Part shown: positions 13,451 to 32,165 of the stretch, piece by piece | Position numbering within the stretch: the stretch's first letter is position 1 | How the letters are laid out: every line of letters starts with the position of its first letter | Assembly (NCBI RefSeq): GCF_009914755.1 | Contig: NC_060929.1 | From: the human T2T-CHM13v2.0 reference genome, Homo sapiens | DNA: 64,000 nucleotides | Strand: one strand, 5' to 3' | The notes under the pieces: model-generated | Told to the model about the DNA's origin: nothing | The model's database searches: none | The model's input: only the letters and a program-made list of their open reading frames with translations | Translations under genes and position numbers: made by a program

Positions 13451-13451
13451 G

Positions 13452-14425
13452 GGGCAGAAAATATACAAAATAATCCTGGAGCATCTTGTAATGCCAAAAA
13501 TAAGGAAGTTCTAAAAAAATTAAAATAAAAATAACCCGCTTTCCAATGATGGGGGTATGTCAAAGTGACACAGGCACCAACTAAAAGAGCTCTCAATGGC
13601 CAAAGCTGGAACAATTTGAGCAACACTATAAAGAATTTCATTGGTAGTGTATTATAACCCAAATTATAAAATGAATATTCATAAATCCATACTAATATAA
13701 ACAAATAAATTGAGATGGGAAAGAATAAGCAAATCTCACGTGGAGAAGAATTCCAAATAAACTATGCAGTCACTCGAAACTGAAGGAGATGAAACAGAAT
13801 CCCCTATTCCTTAACTATGAGCTTTCTCCTTCCAAAGAAAGCTTACTAAGAAGAAGAAAAAGAATAACTTTAGAAAAACCTGACAAGCACTACCTTAGCC
13901 AGGTGATCAAGACCAGCATTTACAGTGGTAAGTCATGTTGATAGTATTCATTATGTGGTATAATGTGTTTAAAATGGCCCTTTACTTCTGTGGTCTTTCT
14001 CTCAAATCCAATAACCCAAATCTACTCATGAGAAAAGCTCAGACAAATCCCAACTGAGGGACATTTTCCAAAATACCTAAGCAGTACTCCTCATAACTGT
14101 CAAGATCATCAAAAACAAGGAAACTCTGAGAAACTGTCACAACAAAGAGGCAGCTAAGATGTCATGACCACTGAATGTAAAGTGGTATGCTAGATGGGAA
14201 TCCTGGAGCATGAAGAGAACATTAGCTAAAAATTAAGGAAATCCAGGTAAAGTATGAATTTTAATTAATAATAATGTATTGATATTGATTAATTGTGACA
14301 AATGCACCAAACTAATATGTTATTAATAGGGGAAACCGACTCTGAGATATATGGGAACACTCTATATTATCTTTAAAATTTTTCTGTAAATCTAAATTAT
14401 TATAAAATTGAAAGTTTTTTTTTAA
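13452..14425 (+). mobile_element. L1MC/L1MD-type 3'UTR
   Basis: AAACCTGACAAGCACTACCTTAGCCAGGTGATCAAG...ATGGGAACACTCTATATTATCTT...TTCTGTAAATCTAAA. Confidence 0.75.
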
Positions 14426-16084
14426 AATTTACTAACACAGAACTGATCAATTTCCACCCTAGATGTCACTTACTGAAGTCCTATTCAATGCTCAGTAACT
14501 GTGGGTGGACATCAAGCTGTTTTGCTGGTATTGCACTGGTCCTGGGCCTGTCCCCTAAACATCTCCATGCTAGGATGGGGGTGAAGGTAGGAAACTTGAT
14601 GAACAAATAAAAAATTGTTAATAATTTATGTTAAAAATTATATATCGACATCACATAGCTTGCATTCTTGTCAAATCATTATTAATCTGTAATATATAAC
14701 CACAGGATGGCAAATAAGAAACAAGAGTTTTTAATTAATCTATTTCTTCATTCATCAAAGACAGGTTAAAATTCCCTGGCTGTGACCTGCTTTTTATCCA
14801 GTATAGCAAGAACAGAGTTCTAAACTCTGTTCCCAGGGATGGAAAACTCAAAACCTTCAGGGTTAGGCCAGCAAATGAGTGGATTGCCTGAGTGAAAAAC
14901 AGTAAGAGATGGTGGGTGGATTGCCTGGGTCAGAGAGAGTAGACATGATGGAGATTTTCATCAAACTGGAGAGCACAAGCTTGACCTAAAGCAGTTAGTG
15001 TTAAGTATTTGTTAAACTGCTATTGCAGCCCAAGAAAAAGTTACCGGTTTGGCAGGAACTTCTGTTCTAAATTGTCAATTAAATCCCAAAGAAATTTCTT
15101 TGACAGACTTGAGTGAAATTGAGGTGTTTCATTCAGCTTATAGTTCGTCTCGAGATGTAGACGCTCAGAAATTTTAATACATATTAATGAATTACTTCAA
15201 TTTATTTTATTTTTAAACTGGATAAATTCTTATTTTTTATTTTTAAATTAAAGAAATTCACTAATATTGATAAGTAATATATGTTTTTACACCAAATAAC
15301 TGGTAAAAAGGAAACAGGCTGCTTTCTGTGTTTTTATTGAGGTCTGTCTGTAAATAATATACTTTTAAAAATCAATAAAATTTAGGATATTTTTAGCTTC
15401 ATATTATTGGAAAATCAATCATATTATTGTTTGTTCTAATCCTGAGCTCCTTTGAGATTAGGTTTTCAAATAATATATTAATATGAGAGTTCTTTTATCA
15501 GTAAGTTTAAAAATAGTAAGGAATTTTACTATCTCCTTAAAACCCAAGCACACATCTAGTGATTTTTTCACACAGAAATGCTGTTATTAAAATTAGTCAA
15601 GGGCAATGGGTAAGTTCAATATAAGCCATTATTAGAGAGGACTACAGTTATGACTTCTAATGATAGTTTACTACAAAAATATTCATAGAATAAGAAAATT
15701 AATTGGCTAGATTCCTTTGAGCTAAAGCAATATTTTCTGTTACAGGAGCTGCAGAGGATATACAGAAAGAATAATTTAAGTCTCATGCAAAAATAAATTC
15801 CTCTTAATGCTTATATTGAATTAAATTCTTTGTTTAAGGGAGTACTAAAGCTAAAGTATCGTTCTTTCCTAGCCTCAAGATAATTTTTAAATTTCTCAGC
15901 AATTTAACATAGCCATAAAATGCACTAAAAATCAGTGACCTTGTTGCTAAATTCAGTAGATATGGTTCAGTTCTTTTTTTACTTTGCTCACAGTAGTTGT
16001 TGATGGTATTGTTCATTTTCCTTCTTAAAAATGCCTAAATCCACAGCTCTTACTTGCTTCCTACCTCTCTTGTTTCTCTCACCA

Positions 16085-18870
16085 ATAAATTTTTTATTTG
16101 ATGCACAAAGCTTGAACATATTCCTGAGGTACATGTGACATTTTGATTCCTGCATAAAATATATAATGACCAAATCAGAGTAATTGGAATATTCATCACC
16201 TCAAACATTTATTATTTCCTTGTGTTGTGGAACATTCCAAATCTTCTCTCCCAGTTACTTTGAAATATACAATAAATTTTTGTTAACTATAGTCACCCTA
16301 CTGTGACTAGAACTCATTCCTTCTATCTAACTATATTTTTGTGCCTATTAACCAATTTGATTTCATCTCTCCCTCCCCTCTATTATTCCCAGCTGAGAAT
16401 ACCATTCTACTCTGAGAAACACCATTCTACTCTCTACCTCCATGAATCCACTTTAGCTACCACAAGAACATGAGATATTTGTCTTTCAGTGTCTGGCTTA
16501 TTTGACTTAGCACAATGTCCTCCACTTCCATCTGTGTTGTTGCAAATGACAGGATTTCATTATTTTTTATGGCTGAATAATATTCCATTGTATAGACATA
16601 CCACATTTTCTTTACCAATTCACCCATTAATGAACACTTGGGTTGGTTCCATATCTTGGCTATTGTAAATAGTGCTGTAGTAAACATGAGATAGCTCTTC
16701 AATATACTGATTTCCTTTATTTATGTTTTTGGATATACACCCTGTGGTAGGATTGCTGGACCGTATGGTAGTTCTTTGTTTTTCTTTTTTTTTTTTTTTT
16801 GGAGATGGAGTCTTGCTGTGTTGCCCAGACTAGAGTACAGTGGCACAATCTGGGCTCACTGTAACTTCCACCTCCCGGGTTCAAGCAATTATCTGGCCTC
16901 AGCCTCTTGAGTAGCTGGGACTACAGGCACCCACTACCACGCCTGGCTAATTTTTGTATTTCTTGTAGAGACAGGGTTTCACCATATTGGCCAGGCTGGT
17001 CTCGAACTCCTGACCTTATGATCCACCTGATGCACCCTCCCAAAGTGCTGGCATTACTGGAGTAAGCCACCGTGCCCAGCCAGTAGTTCTATTTTTAGTT
17101 TTTTGAGGAACCTCCATATTATCTTCCACAGTGTCTGCACTAATTTACATTCCCATGAGCAGGGTACAAATGTTCAGCTTTCTGGGAATCTTCACTAGTG
17201 TCTTTAATTTTTTTATCTTTATGATAACAGACATTTTAACTGGTATAAAATGATATCTCACTGTGGTTTTGATTTGATTTCCCTTGCAATTAGTGATGTT
17301 GAGCATTATTTCATATACTTGGCCATTTGTATGTCTTCTTTTGAGGAAGGTCTATTCAGATCCTTTGCCCAATTTTTCTTCCATTCTATAGGTTATCTCT
17401 TCATTTTGTTGAGTGTTGTCTTTGCTATGCAGAAGCTTTATAATTTTATTAGTCTCATTTGTCTATTTTTTCTTTTCGTTGCCTATGCTTTTGAAGTCTT
17501 AGGCATAAAATCTTTGTCTAGACAAATGTCCTAAATCATTTTCCCTGCATTTTCTTCTAGCAGTTTTTAAAGTTTTGGGTCTTACACTTAAGTCTTTAAC
17601 CCATTTTGAGTTGACTTTTATATATGGTGAGAGACAGAAATTTAGCTTTATTCTTCTGCATATGGAAATCCAGCTTTCCCAGCATCAGTTACTGAAGAGA
17701 TTGTCCTTTCCCCAGTCTATGTTCTTGGCACCTTTGTTGAAAATGAATTGGCTATAAATGTGTGGGCTTGTTCCTGGGTTCTCAATTCTGTTCCATTGGT
17801 CTATGTGTTTGTTTTTATGCCAGTACTATGCTGTATTGATTACTATTACTATACTATACATTTGTAGTATAATTTGAAATCAGGTAATATGCTTCCACCT
17901 TTGTTCTTTTTGTTCAATACTGCTTTGGCTATTTGGGGTTATGTGATTCCATGTGAATTTTAGAATTGTTTTTTGTATTTCTGTGAAGAATGTCATTAAT
18001 ACTTTGATAGTGATTACATTGGATCTGTAGTCCACTTTGGGTAGTATGAACATTTTAACAATATTAATTTTTCCAACCCATGAGCATGGGATATCTTTTC
18101 ATTTGTGTGCGTGTGTGTGTTCTCTTCAAGTTCCTTAATTAGTGTTTTATAATTTTCATTGTAGACCTTTTTCACTTCTTTGGTTAAGTTTATTCCTGGG
18201 TATTTTGGGGTAGCTATCATAAAATGGAATTGCTTCCTTAATTTCTTTTTAAGATGGTTTGCTGTTTGTGTATAGAAATGCTACTGATTTTTGTATGTTG
18301 AATTTGTATTCTGTAACTTAGCTGAATTAATATGTCAGGTATAGCAGGGTTTTTTTGATGGAGTCTTTAGTTTTTTCTAAATATAAAATCATGTTGTCTG
18401 CAAAAAAGTATAAATTGACTTCTGCCTTTCCAGTAGTGATGCCTATTATTACTTTCTCTTGCCTAATTGATCTGGCTAGGACTTCCAGTTGATCAGGAGT
18501 GGTGAAAGTGGGCATTGTGTCCTATTCCAGATCTTAGAAGATAGCCTTTTAATTTTTTTCCCAGTCAGTATATTAGTTTTGAGTTTTTTATACATGGCCC
18601 TTAGCATTTTGAGCTTTGTTCCTTCTCTATCCATCTGATTGAGAATTTTTATCATGAAGGAATGTTGAGCTTAAATGAATGCTTTTTTTTACACCTATTA
18701 AAATGATCATATGATTTTTTTCTTGATTTTATTGACATGATGCATCATGTTTATTGATTCATACGTGTTGAAACAACCTTGTGTCTCTGGGATGAATCTC
18801 TATTAATCATGGTGAATGATCTTTTTATTGTGTTTTTGAATTTGGTTTGCAAGTGTTTTGTTAAGGACAT
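16085..18870 (-). mobile_element. L1MA-type LINE-1, degraded, containing an Alu
   Basis: ORF2 remnants (IWNQPKC...YTMEYYSAIK; YPGINLTKEVK; [11 protein letters not shown]). Confidence 0.9.
16776..17081 (-). mobile_element. AluS inserted in the L1MA
   Basis: Antisense dimeric Alu. TSD core GTAGTTCT at 16768-16775 and 17083-17090. Confidence 0.95.
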
Positions 18871-19199
18871 CCAGGTTATTTGGTAGGGCCTTACAAAGGC
18901 ATGAAATATGGCTTACAAAGCCAGCAATATGGACACTTAGGCATTATTACCTATTGCTGGATTTTTAAATACTATATCATGGTTGAAAACGATTATATTT
19001 CTAAACATATTCTCACAGAATTAGAACATGATATCAGTGGACAAGAGGGAAGAATTAACCATAATTAAATAAAGCAGATTTTCTAAGCTTGAAGATACTA
19101 TGTTTCCAATTAAATTTGGGGAATACATTTGTCCTACATTCATATGCATAAAATTTTTCTATTTTTCAAAATGAAATGTAGTGTAATTTGTTGAAATTA

Positions 19200-19628
<429 letters not shown>

Positions 19629-21589
19629 TTAATATATCTGGTATTTAAAGTAAAATCCACGACATTCAGATAAAGCTAACCGACTGTGTCATATGCATTT
19701 GATTTGAATGAGTAAATAATCAGAAAGTGTTTGACAAGTAGCAATTAACAGGAAACTTTCATTTGAAGGAAAAATGAGAATGGATTTGTAGCTGCCAATA
19801 AATTTCTCAGTAAGCTTGAATAATGCTGTTTATTCAATGAGTCTGAATAAATTTTCAAGAACATTTCAAGCATTAACTTGCCTCTTTTATAAGTTTTTTA
19901 AATTTGAAAATGTAGTATGGATCTGTCAGAAGTAAAATTGGAATTTTTAACTTTTTCATACTTGATATTATGCAAAACATGCAAGACACTGATGTATGAG
20001 AGTTCTCCCCAAGCATTTTCTTTTACTGACAATTCAGAGGGCCTGCTTCTTAGAGTTTGGATATTTACTCCCTGCTTAATACAAGCCTTGGAAAATCTCT
20101 CTCTAAATAGAAAGGCAAGACACAGAACCTTGCCATGAGTTTGTCACCAGGAGAAAATAAGGCTCTGCTGTCTTCAATATTTCTTACTAATTCTCTTCGT
20201 CAGAAGTCATATATTTTTAGAAAATTTAAAAAGAGAAGCAGCAAAGTCTTTATAAGAAAATTATCATCATTCCTTTTGCTCAACTACATAATAGATTGGA
20301 ATTTAGAATATTCCAACACAGGCCATGATACCCCAATTCTCCAACCACAATGGGGTCTTAAAGAAAGGTACTTTCCTAGACACATCAGTTTAATGAAAAC
20401 ACATTTAGAGAATTGAGGATCTGGAAATAAATCCCTTAATATTTACCATGTGCACATGTGCATTCAAACTCTAAATATGCTACCAGCTGTGTGCAAATCA
20501 ATTTTTCTGTCCAATGTGGTAGCTATAGTATACCATTTGTAGTTTATGAACATGCCTATCTGTTACCAATCACTGTGTAAAAGCTGTTCTTTCTGCTTTA
20601 AAAACCAATCACTTTACCCTTTACCTCTAACTTCATCTAGCAAATTTCCTTTCTCTATGTATTTAGCTCACATATTTTCTGTTGTGAAATAGTCTCTTAC
20701 CTTGGGGCAAGAGGTGTGAGAGTGTCAGTCAATTTCATCTTCCTCAGTGATATCAGTACTCTCTGCACATAAATCTATATGTGGTTACCATTAGTATATT
20801 ATAACTGTTTATATTCATGTCTCTCTCCTATATTAGATTCAGAAAATTTCTGTTGTGGAGACGGAATGATACATGTGTTCCTATCCCCAACATCGTGCAC
20901 AATTCCTATCTTAATATTAGTGTTCAATAGCTTAATATTGGCTTCATGAGTGTTCATGGCCACACACAGCCCCCAGACTTATCTAGTTAAATTGCTCATC
21001 AATAAGAAAAAAAAACTCTTTCAAAGCACTCTAACATAAAGGTACCAAATTTTTGCCCAAAGGTATTCAGGTATGGTTATGTTAGCACTTTTTGTGATGG
21101 CCCTTACAATTGTTAGAATGCTGTGTCTTTATTTAGCACCCAAGTGGGTATCTGCGTAACTTCAACAATGTCTGAATTCTCCATCCTGAAGAAACAAGTG
21201 TATAGACTGGTACTTTTTCATGCCAGTTTTGCCTTATTCTTCTTGTTCTCTTTTTTAAGGTAAAATGTGACTTACCTATTGCAAATATCCCAAACATGAA
21301 ATAGTTTTAAAACACTTAACATTTCTGGGCAACTGTTTTTATGTATTTTAATGTCTCTTTTGAAATACAACAAAAAAACAGAAAACACTAGATATAAAGT
21401 GATCAGCCTAAAGCATGCCAGTTACATAGCATGAATAATTTCAATTTAATAATTCTGTAATAGAGCCAAATGATGAATATTTAACTAATGCTACTTATTG
21501 CTTAAAGTGCTATCACATCGAAACTATGCCATCTGTGCCTGTGCTGATGCCCGTTAAATTAAAATGTTGTTGCTTCTTTGGAGCCAAAC

Positions 21590-23310
<1,721 letters not shown>

Positions 23311-23821
23311 GCAAGGTCCAAAGACACATTGTGTGTAAGCTTTGTCCCATTATGAATCAGAAAAGATAGATCACAGTATTCATAGGCTCATAATTAATAT
23401 AAAATAAGAAAAAAATTTAAAGTGGTCTTATATGGGTTTCTCTATTCAGTGGAAAAAATTATTTTAAAAATGTTGTGAGCAATAAACTCTCATAATAATG
23501 TTAAGCAATGACATTATAAGTGACAATATTACCCTCTGTCCCTTACAAATGGCTTTAAACAATATACTTTGACTACTAAAATATATTTTTATAATATTAA
23601 AAGTCTATTACTTCATTTATACATTCTAATTGGATAACTATGAAATTGTCTTTAAAAAATACAGATGTTTAAAAACACTACTTTTGCCTTAAAATGTATC
23701 TGGATATTGGCTACAAAATTTTACTCCACATCATAAATATTGTCACAGAATATGGACTTAATTATTGAATTAAACACACATTCGAACTTCTGAATCAAAA
23801 TTTTACAGGCCGTACTAATGT

Positions 23822-25160
23822 TTTTTCTTCTTTATTTTTTTCTCTTTTATTTTAGGTTCAGGGGATACATGTGCAGGTTTGTTGCATGGATAAATTGCAT
23901 GTTGCTGGGGTTTGGTATACAAATTAGTTTTCCACCCACGTAGTGAGCATAGTACTCGACAGGTAGTTTTTCAATCCTCACCCTTCTTCCACCCTCCACC
24001 CTTCAGTAAGCGCCAATGTCTATTGTTCCCTTTTTTGTGCCTATGTGTACTCAATGTTTAACTTCACTTAAAAATGAGTGCATGTGGTATTTGGTTTTCT
24101 GTTCCTGTGCTAATTCACTTAGGATTATGGCCTCCAGATACACCCATGTTGCTGCAAAGGACATGATTTTATTTCTTTTAAGGCTGTGTAGTATTCCATG
24201 GTGTATATTAATCATATCTTCTTTATCTAGTTCACTGTTGATAGGCATCTAGGTTGATTCCATGTCTTTGCTATTATGAAAAGTGAGGCAATGAATGTAT
24301 GCATGTATGTGTCTTTATGGTAAAATGGTTTATATTCACTCAGGTATATACCTAGCAATGGTTCAGATGGCAGTTCTTTGGATGCAAACTGCTTTCTGCA
24401 GTGGCTGAACTAATTTACACTCCCACCAACAATGTATCTGCATTCCATTGCTCCATGACCTTGCCAACATCTGTTATTTTTTTGACTTTTTAACAATAGC
24501 CATTCTGACTGGTGTAAGATGGTATCTCACTGTGGTTTTTATTTGCTTTTATCTGATTATTGATGATGTTGAGCATTTTTTCATGTGCTTGTTGGCTGTA
24601 TGTATATATTTTGAGAAGTGTCTGTTCATTTTCTTTGCCCATTTTCTAATGGGGTTGTCTTCTGCATGTTGATTTGTTTCTTAGAGATTCTGGATATTAC
24701 ACCATTGTCAGATACACAGTTTGCAAATGTTTTCTTTCATTCTTAGGTTGTCTGCTGGCTCTGTTGATTATTTCTTTTGCTGTACAGAAGTTCTTTGGTT
24801 TAACTTGGTCTAACATGCCAATTTTTGTTTTTGTTGCAATTGCTTTTAGAGCCTTTGCCATTAAATCATTGCCAAGGCCTATGTCCAGAATGGTATTTCC
24901 TAGGTTTTCTTCTGGAGTTTTTATAATTTTAGGTTTCATGTTTAAGTCGTTAATCCATATTGAATTGATTTTTGTATATGGTGAAAGAAAGGTGTTCAAT
25001 TTCAAATTTCTATAAATGGGTAGCCAGTTCTCCCACCACTACTTATTGAATAGGGAGTGCTTTCCCTATCATTTGTTATTGTCAACTTAGTAAAAGATCG
25101 AATTGTTGTAGATGTGCAGCTTTATTTCTGGGTTCTTTAACCCTTCCCATTGGTCCACGT
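23822..25160 (-). mobile_element. Older primate L1 (L1PA13-16/L1PB-like) 3' part
   Basis: 3'UTR plus ORF2 remnants ([16 protein letters not shown]; MSFAATWVYLE). Confidence 0.85.
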
Positions 25161-25161
25161 A

Positions 25162-28446
<3,285 letters not shown>

Positions 28447-28714
28447 AAACCCATCTCACACAAAATAACCTATTTCTTTCTATCATTTTTCTTTAATTTT
28501 ATTTTTTGTCAGCCTTTATCTGTTTTAATGCTGTAGGACCTTTATGACTTTTATTATATCTATTAAGCAACTCAGTCCTATTTCCTTGCAGTGGAATATT
28601 TTTACCTTCTCCAAAGTTTGCAAAGCTTAATAAAAAAAGAAAAGTGAGTTGTTGTTTTATGTGACCATAATTGATTGCTAATAATAACTGTTATTAATAT
28701 TGATTCTTATATTT

Positions 28715-28747
28715 TCATTTGCATATATTTTGTCATTTGCATATATT
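28715..28747. promoter_or_regulatory. Two tandem octamer (POU) motifs in a 15-bp direct repeat
   Basis: TCATTTGCATATATT occurs at 28715-28729 and 28733-28747. Motif presence only. Confidence 0.3.
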
Positions 28748-29502
28748 ATCATTTTTAGCGATTCACTACATAAGCAATCAGCAAGTGCTTGACAAAGGAA
28801 TGAATGAAATGATGAAGGACAACAGTTCAGAATAGCACTGCAATTATTACCTCAATTCTACAGATGGATGAACATCCATAAAGAAAATAAGAACACATGC
28901 ATGTGTCTTACATGGCTTTCAGTTTAACTTTCATTACTTTATGGTCATATTTTGTAAGGTGCTCAGTGTCTACTGAAAGTTAGTGGATTACTCGAGACTG
29001 ACGTCATTGTCTCCTGATTTTCAATTCCAGATTTTATTTTGCTTTGTTCTATTTAACCTCAGTAGGCAACATTGTCACTTGGGAAGCTGATTTGGGAAAT
29101 ACAAAGAAAACTTTCTTATTTCATTGGTTCCCCAATTAATAAATATTTACTGATTATTTTCTATTTGAAAATCACTATACTCAGCCCATGGAGAATACAA
29201 AATTAAGTAGACATAAAACCCTACTTAATATGTATGTATTTATGAAAATAGAAAATCTAACACTGCAGCCATCAAGGTTTACATAAAATTTCTTAAAAAG
29301 ACTACATTGCAGAGATAGCCTCTAACAGCGCAGGTGTGGGGTGGCAGAGCAAAGAGGACTGAAAAATAGCATAGGGAATCCTTAGTGAGTTTTCTTGATG
29401 ATTATGAGTATATATGGGCATATATATATCTTGGTGCACTGGATATTCTGTTCAAACACAGACTTTGTTTCGATATCCTTTGATGGTAGGCTGCTTTTAG
29501 AG

Positions 29503-29629
29503 AAGTGCCTAATGTATTACGTGTGCCCATCAAACTTGTTTATTCCTTCTACCCACTTCCTGTGATGCAAGTATCACAGGAAGAAGGAATAAACAAGTTT
29601 GATGGGCACAGGTAATACATTACACACTT
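29503..29629. repeat. Near-perfect inverted repeat / long hairpin (candidate pri-miRNA-like)
   Basis: 29510-29520 pairs with 29612-29622, 29522-29550 with 29582-29610, and 29558-29566 with 29573-29581. 7-nt bulge, 6-nt loop. Confidence 0.92.
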
Positions 29630-30374
29630 ATTCACAAAGGCTGGGCAGAGACCTTGGGAAGTGTAGCAAAAACTTCTTAAAATAAAAACATGACAGCTTA
29701 CATTTGAAGTTAATAAACATCAACTATACCAACCCTGTTCATTCATTTGAGTTCAATGCAGGGAGACTTGACCACTTATCTTAACCTTTTGTACAAAGAA
29801 GAAACAACTGGAATATTACCCAAAAATGTTTATATTTGAAATATCATTGAAATTAATTCTGTAGGGAAAATAGTCTGTCAGTGCACTGGCAAGGGCAAGC
29901 CCTCTATAAATGGGACTGTCAATACTCTGCCTTCAGCATACATCACTAAGTGTGACATTTGAATTAAACTTCGTAAAAAATTAATAACAGGGTATTCAAA
30001 GAGGCTTTGTACTGTGAATCTAAAAAGCTTTCAAGAACACTGCACAATTATAGCCTTTTTATAATTTATATTATCAAACACACTTTAAACTATCCTAAAA
30101 TATTATTAGCATATTAGTTATTGCTCCAAGCTTGTAAAGGATTGCACCACAGACCTTTTGTATAGCTATTTATCCTTCTACTTTGTTATCCATATACAAG
30201 TTGAAAGCCAAAATGCTTTCAAGCATTATCAAATACCCATGCATTTACTTCCCTCAAAAATAAGGCAAAATGGTGAAATAATACAGAAGTGTAATGACAA
30301 AATTTAAAAATGGAGGATAGAGTAGTTTCTCATGTGCAAAACCATCTTTAATTAAAACATGTATTTTAAAATAA

Positions 30375-30925
30375 ACTCTTTACTTTTGAATAATTTTAGA
30401 TTTACAGAAAAGTTGCAAAGATAATGCAGAGAAATCCTTCAGCTAGTTTCTCTTCCTGTTAGCATCTTACATAACCACATTATATTTATCCAAATTAAGA
30501 AATTAATATTGGCACATTACTATTGACTAAACTAAAGACATTATATGTATTTCAGCAGTTTTCCAACTAACATGTTTTCTCTGTTCCAGGATCCATTCAG
30601 GGGACCACATTGTCCTTCCTTTAATGTCTCTTTAGTCTTCTCTGATTAGTTACAATTCCTCAGATACCATTTTTTTGTTTTTCATAGCCTTAACAGTTTT
30701 GAAGAGTCAAGCAGGTTTCCTTGTTTTTTGAGCTGGGCAGTTTGAAGAGTCACCTTTGTAGAAGGTGCCTCAATTTGATTGTCTGGTGTCTTTCTTGTGA
30801 ATGGACTGGGCTGATGATATTTTGGGGAAGAATACCACAGAGGTGAAGTGTCCTTCTTTTTACACCATATTTTGGGATATGTGATACCGTTGGTGATGCT
30901 ACACTAGTCACTTGGTTACATTTCT
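30375..30925 (-). mobile_element. L1MC-type 3'UTR
   Basis: TTTTGAATAATTTTAGATTTACAGAAAAGTTGCAAAGATAA...GGGAAGAATACCACAGAGGTGAAGTG. Confidence 0.75.
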
Positions 30926-31659
30926 TCAATTCCCTTAGCAAATTTCTGAGAATATGGTAAAAATTACTAAAAAAATAGAAGTTATCGCATGCATTTTTCA
31001 ATCATAAATTACCCATAAGATAATCCAAAGTATGAGTTATTTTATAAGATGGAATAATAAGAATTCATTGGTTAAATGATTTGATATTTTACCTCATTTT
31101 ATGTTCTTTTTGTGAAAACATTGTCTAAACTAAAACTGTGATTTAAATAATTGTTTATAGAATTCAGTAAAATTAATAATCTGCAAGATTTTTGACTAAT
31201 TCTAATATCATACCAAAGACATACTGTGAGCTAACTGGTCTCAATGATAACACATGTAACTAATGATGGCTTTCTTATTTCAGTATCTTGATAGGTAACA
31301 ACTGTTCATAAACGTTGAATTGCAGCTGTTCAAATATACAGTACCATTCCCTTACCATGTACTAAAACAAAAATCAGTGAGAAGGCTTCCAGAAGCTTTG
31401 TAATTGTTGATCTATTTGATAATTAAGATACTAAAGTTCTAAAAATATTACTATAATGCATTTTAGTGCTTCATTAAGTGAATTATTTGTGTGCTGGATG
31501 GAAGTAAGAGAATTGGTCAACATATTCTGCTTTGTTCAGGTCACATCTAAAATATCAGGTGTTGGCTTTAGATCATTATGAGAGGAAAAGATAAAGTAAT
31601 TTTCAAACCTGTTTAATTTACACTCTCCTTTTTCTAAAAACATTCCCACTTTCAAACCA

Positions 31660-32165
31660 TAGGTGAAGATCTGCTGTCAAGTTCATGCAATGTGATCTCA
31701 ACTAATTGCTTGAGTCAGTAGGCATCAATCCACAGTCTAGACTAAGATAATTTATATGCTTGCTTCATCTCCACCCCCACCACAAAATAATTAGTACACA
31801 AAGACTAGTCCATTTATTGGTCACTTCAACAAGGAAGTGATGGAAAGTGGAGTCTGAGTTAACCATATTGGTCCATGAGTAAGAGGACCAGAGAAACCAG
31901 TTCTTCAGAGAGAAAGGAGATGGAATCCAATCCACTGCAAGAATCAGAAGTAAGAAAAATACCAGAAGTGAGAAAAAGACAGACAGCACAGATATCTCTC
32001 TTCCTGGTGACTTTTACTTCCTCTCAAAAATCTCTGGGGGAACTTGTCTGCCCTTCCCAAGGAGTCTTAGATATATCCCTGAAATTTTTCTAAAACTCTA
32101 ACCTTTCTTATTTAAATTAATTAGATTTTGTTCTATTATTTGCTACAAAAATGCTGTCTACACAG
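31660..32165 (+). mobile_element. Old MaLR (MLT1-like) LTR, degraded
   Basis: The 3' end TTTAAATTAATTAGATTTTGTTCTATTATTTGCTACAAAAATG resembles old MLT1 termini. Confidence 0.35.

Noticed and set aside
16393-16433. ~20-bp tandem duplication CTGAGAA..ACCATTCTACT
   Set aside because: Trivial slippage within a degraded L1MA.
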